From the NCBI RefSeq assembly GCF_016432865.1, contig NC_067400.1, positions 514,104,001 through 514,168,000 of the forward strand: 64,000 nt of DNA, written 5' to 3'. Position 1 is the stretch's first letter. Every line of letters begins with the position of its first letter. This DNA comes from Antechinus flavipes (lineage: Eukaryota). Made by a program: the position numbers and the translations under genes. Below, one piece after another: positions 63,850 through 64,000 of this stretch. The notes beneath the pieces are model-generated. The model saw only the letters and a list, made by a program, of their open reading frames with translations, searched no databases and was not told the DNA's origin.

Positions 63850-64000
63850 AGCTAGCACTTATTAGTATGTTAGGCTATGCAAAACACTTTACAAATATTG
63901 CCTTATTTTATCTTTACAACAATCCTGAGAAGAAAGTGCTATTATTATACTGATTTTACAGATGAGGAAACTGAGGCAGGTAGCAATTGAATAAGTTAGC
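63850..64000 (-). mobile_element. MIR SINE (truncated by the window edge)
   Basis: acactttacaaatattg...attattatactgattttacagatgaggaaactgaggcag. Confidence 0.8.

Noticed and set aside
1-64000. CRISPR arrays, operons or other prokaryotic systems
   Set aside because: The sequence is mammalian repeat-rich DNA; no regularly spaced direct repeats with unique spacers and no gene-dense regions.

Overview
AT-rich, CpG-depleted vertebrate genomic DNA, almost certainly marsupial and probably a dasyurid such as the Tasmanian devil or a relative. This is inferred from WSINE1-type SINEs, MAR1-type SINEs, an RTE LINE relic and dasyurid-style L1 3' UTRs. It is a draft assembly with seven N gaps. The window reads as intronic or intergenic. 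I could not identify any protein-coding gene, functional RNA gene or CRISPR array. Most ORFs in the track are chance ORFs, microsatellite read-throughs, gap-spanning artefacts or LINE remnants. Recognisable content is mainly old retroposons (MIR, MAR1, L2, CR1/L3, RTE), 5'-truncated L1 3' ends with visible target-site duplications (TSDs), two WSINE1 copies, several hAT and Tigger-like MITE remnants, a possible solo LTR and simple repeats. Between these lie repeat-free, CpG-retaining or motif-dense segments that look like regulatory elements (about 19.1-20.0, 30.8-31.1, 35.8-36.0, 42.7-43.1, 53.3 and 55.7 kb), plus a few unverified minus-strand exon candidates. I found no convincing previously undescribed biological system. 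The best leads are the orphan CpG-rich islands, the candidate exons and the retroposon insertion histories. Repeat family names are from memory of consensus sequences and boundaries are approximate unless a TSD or TIR is quoted.
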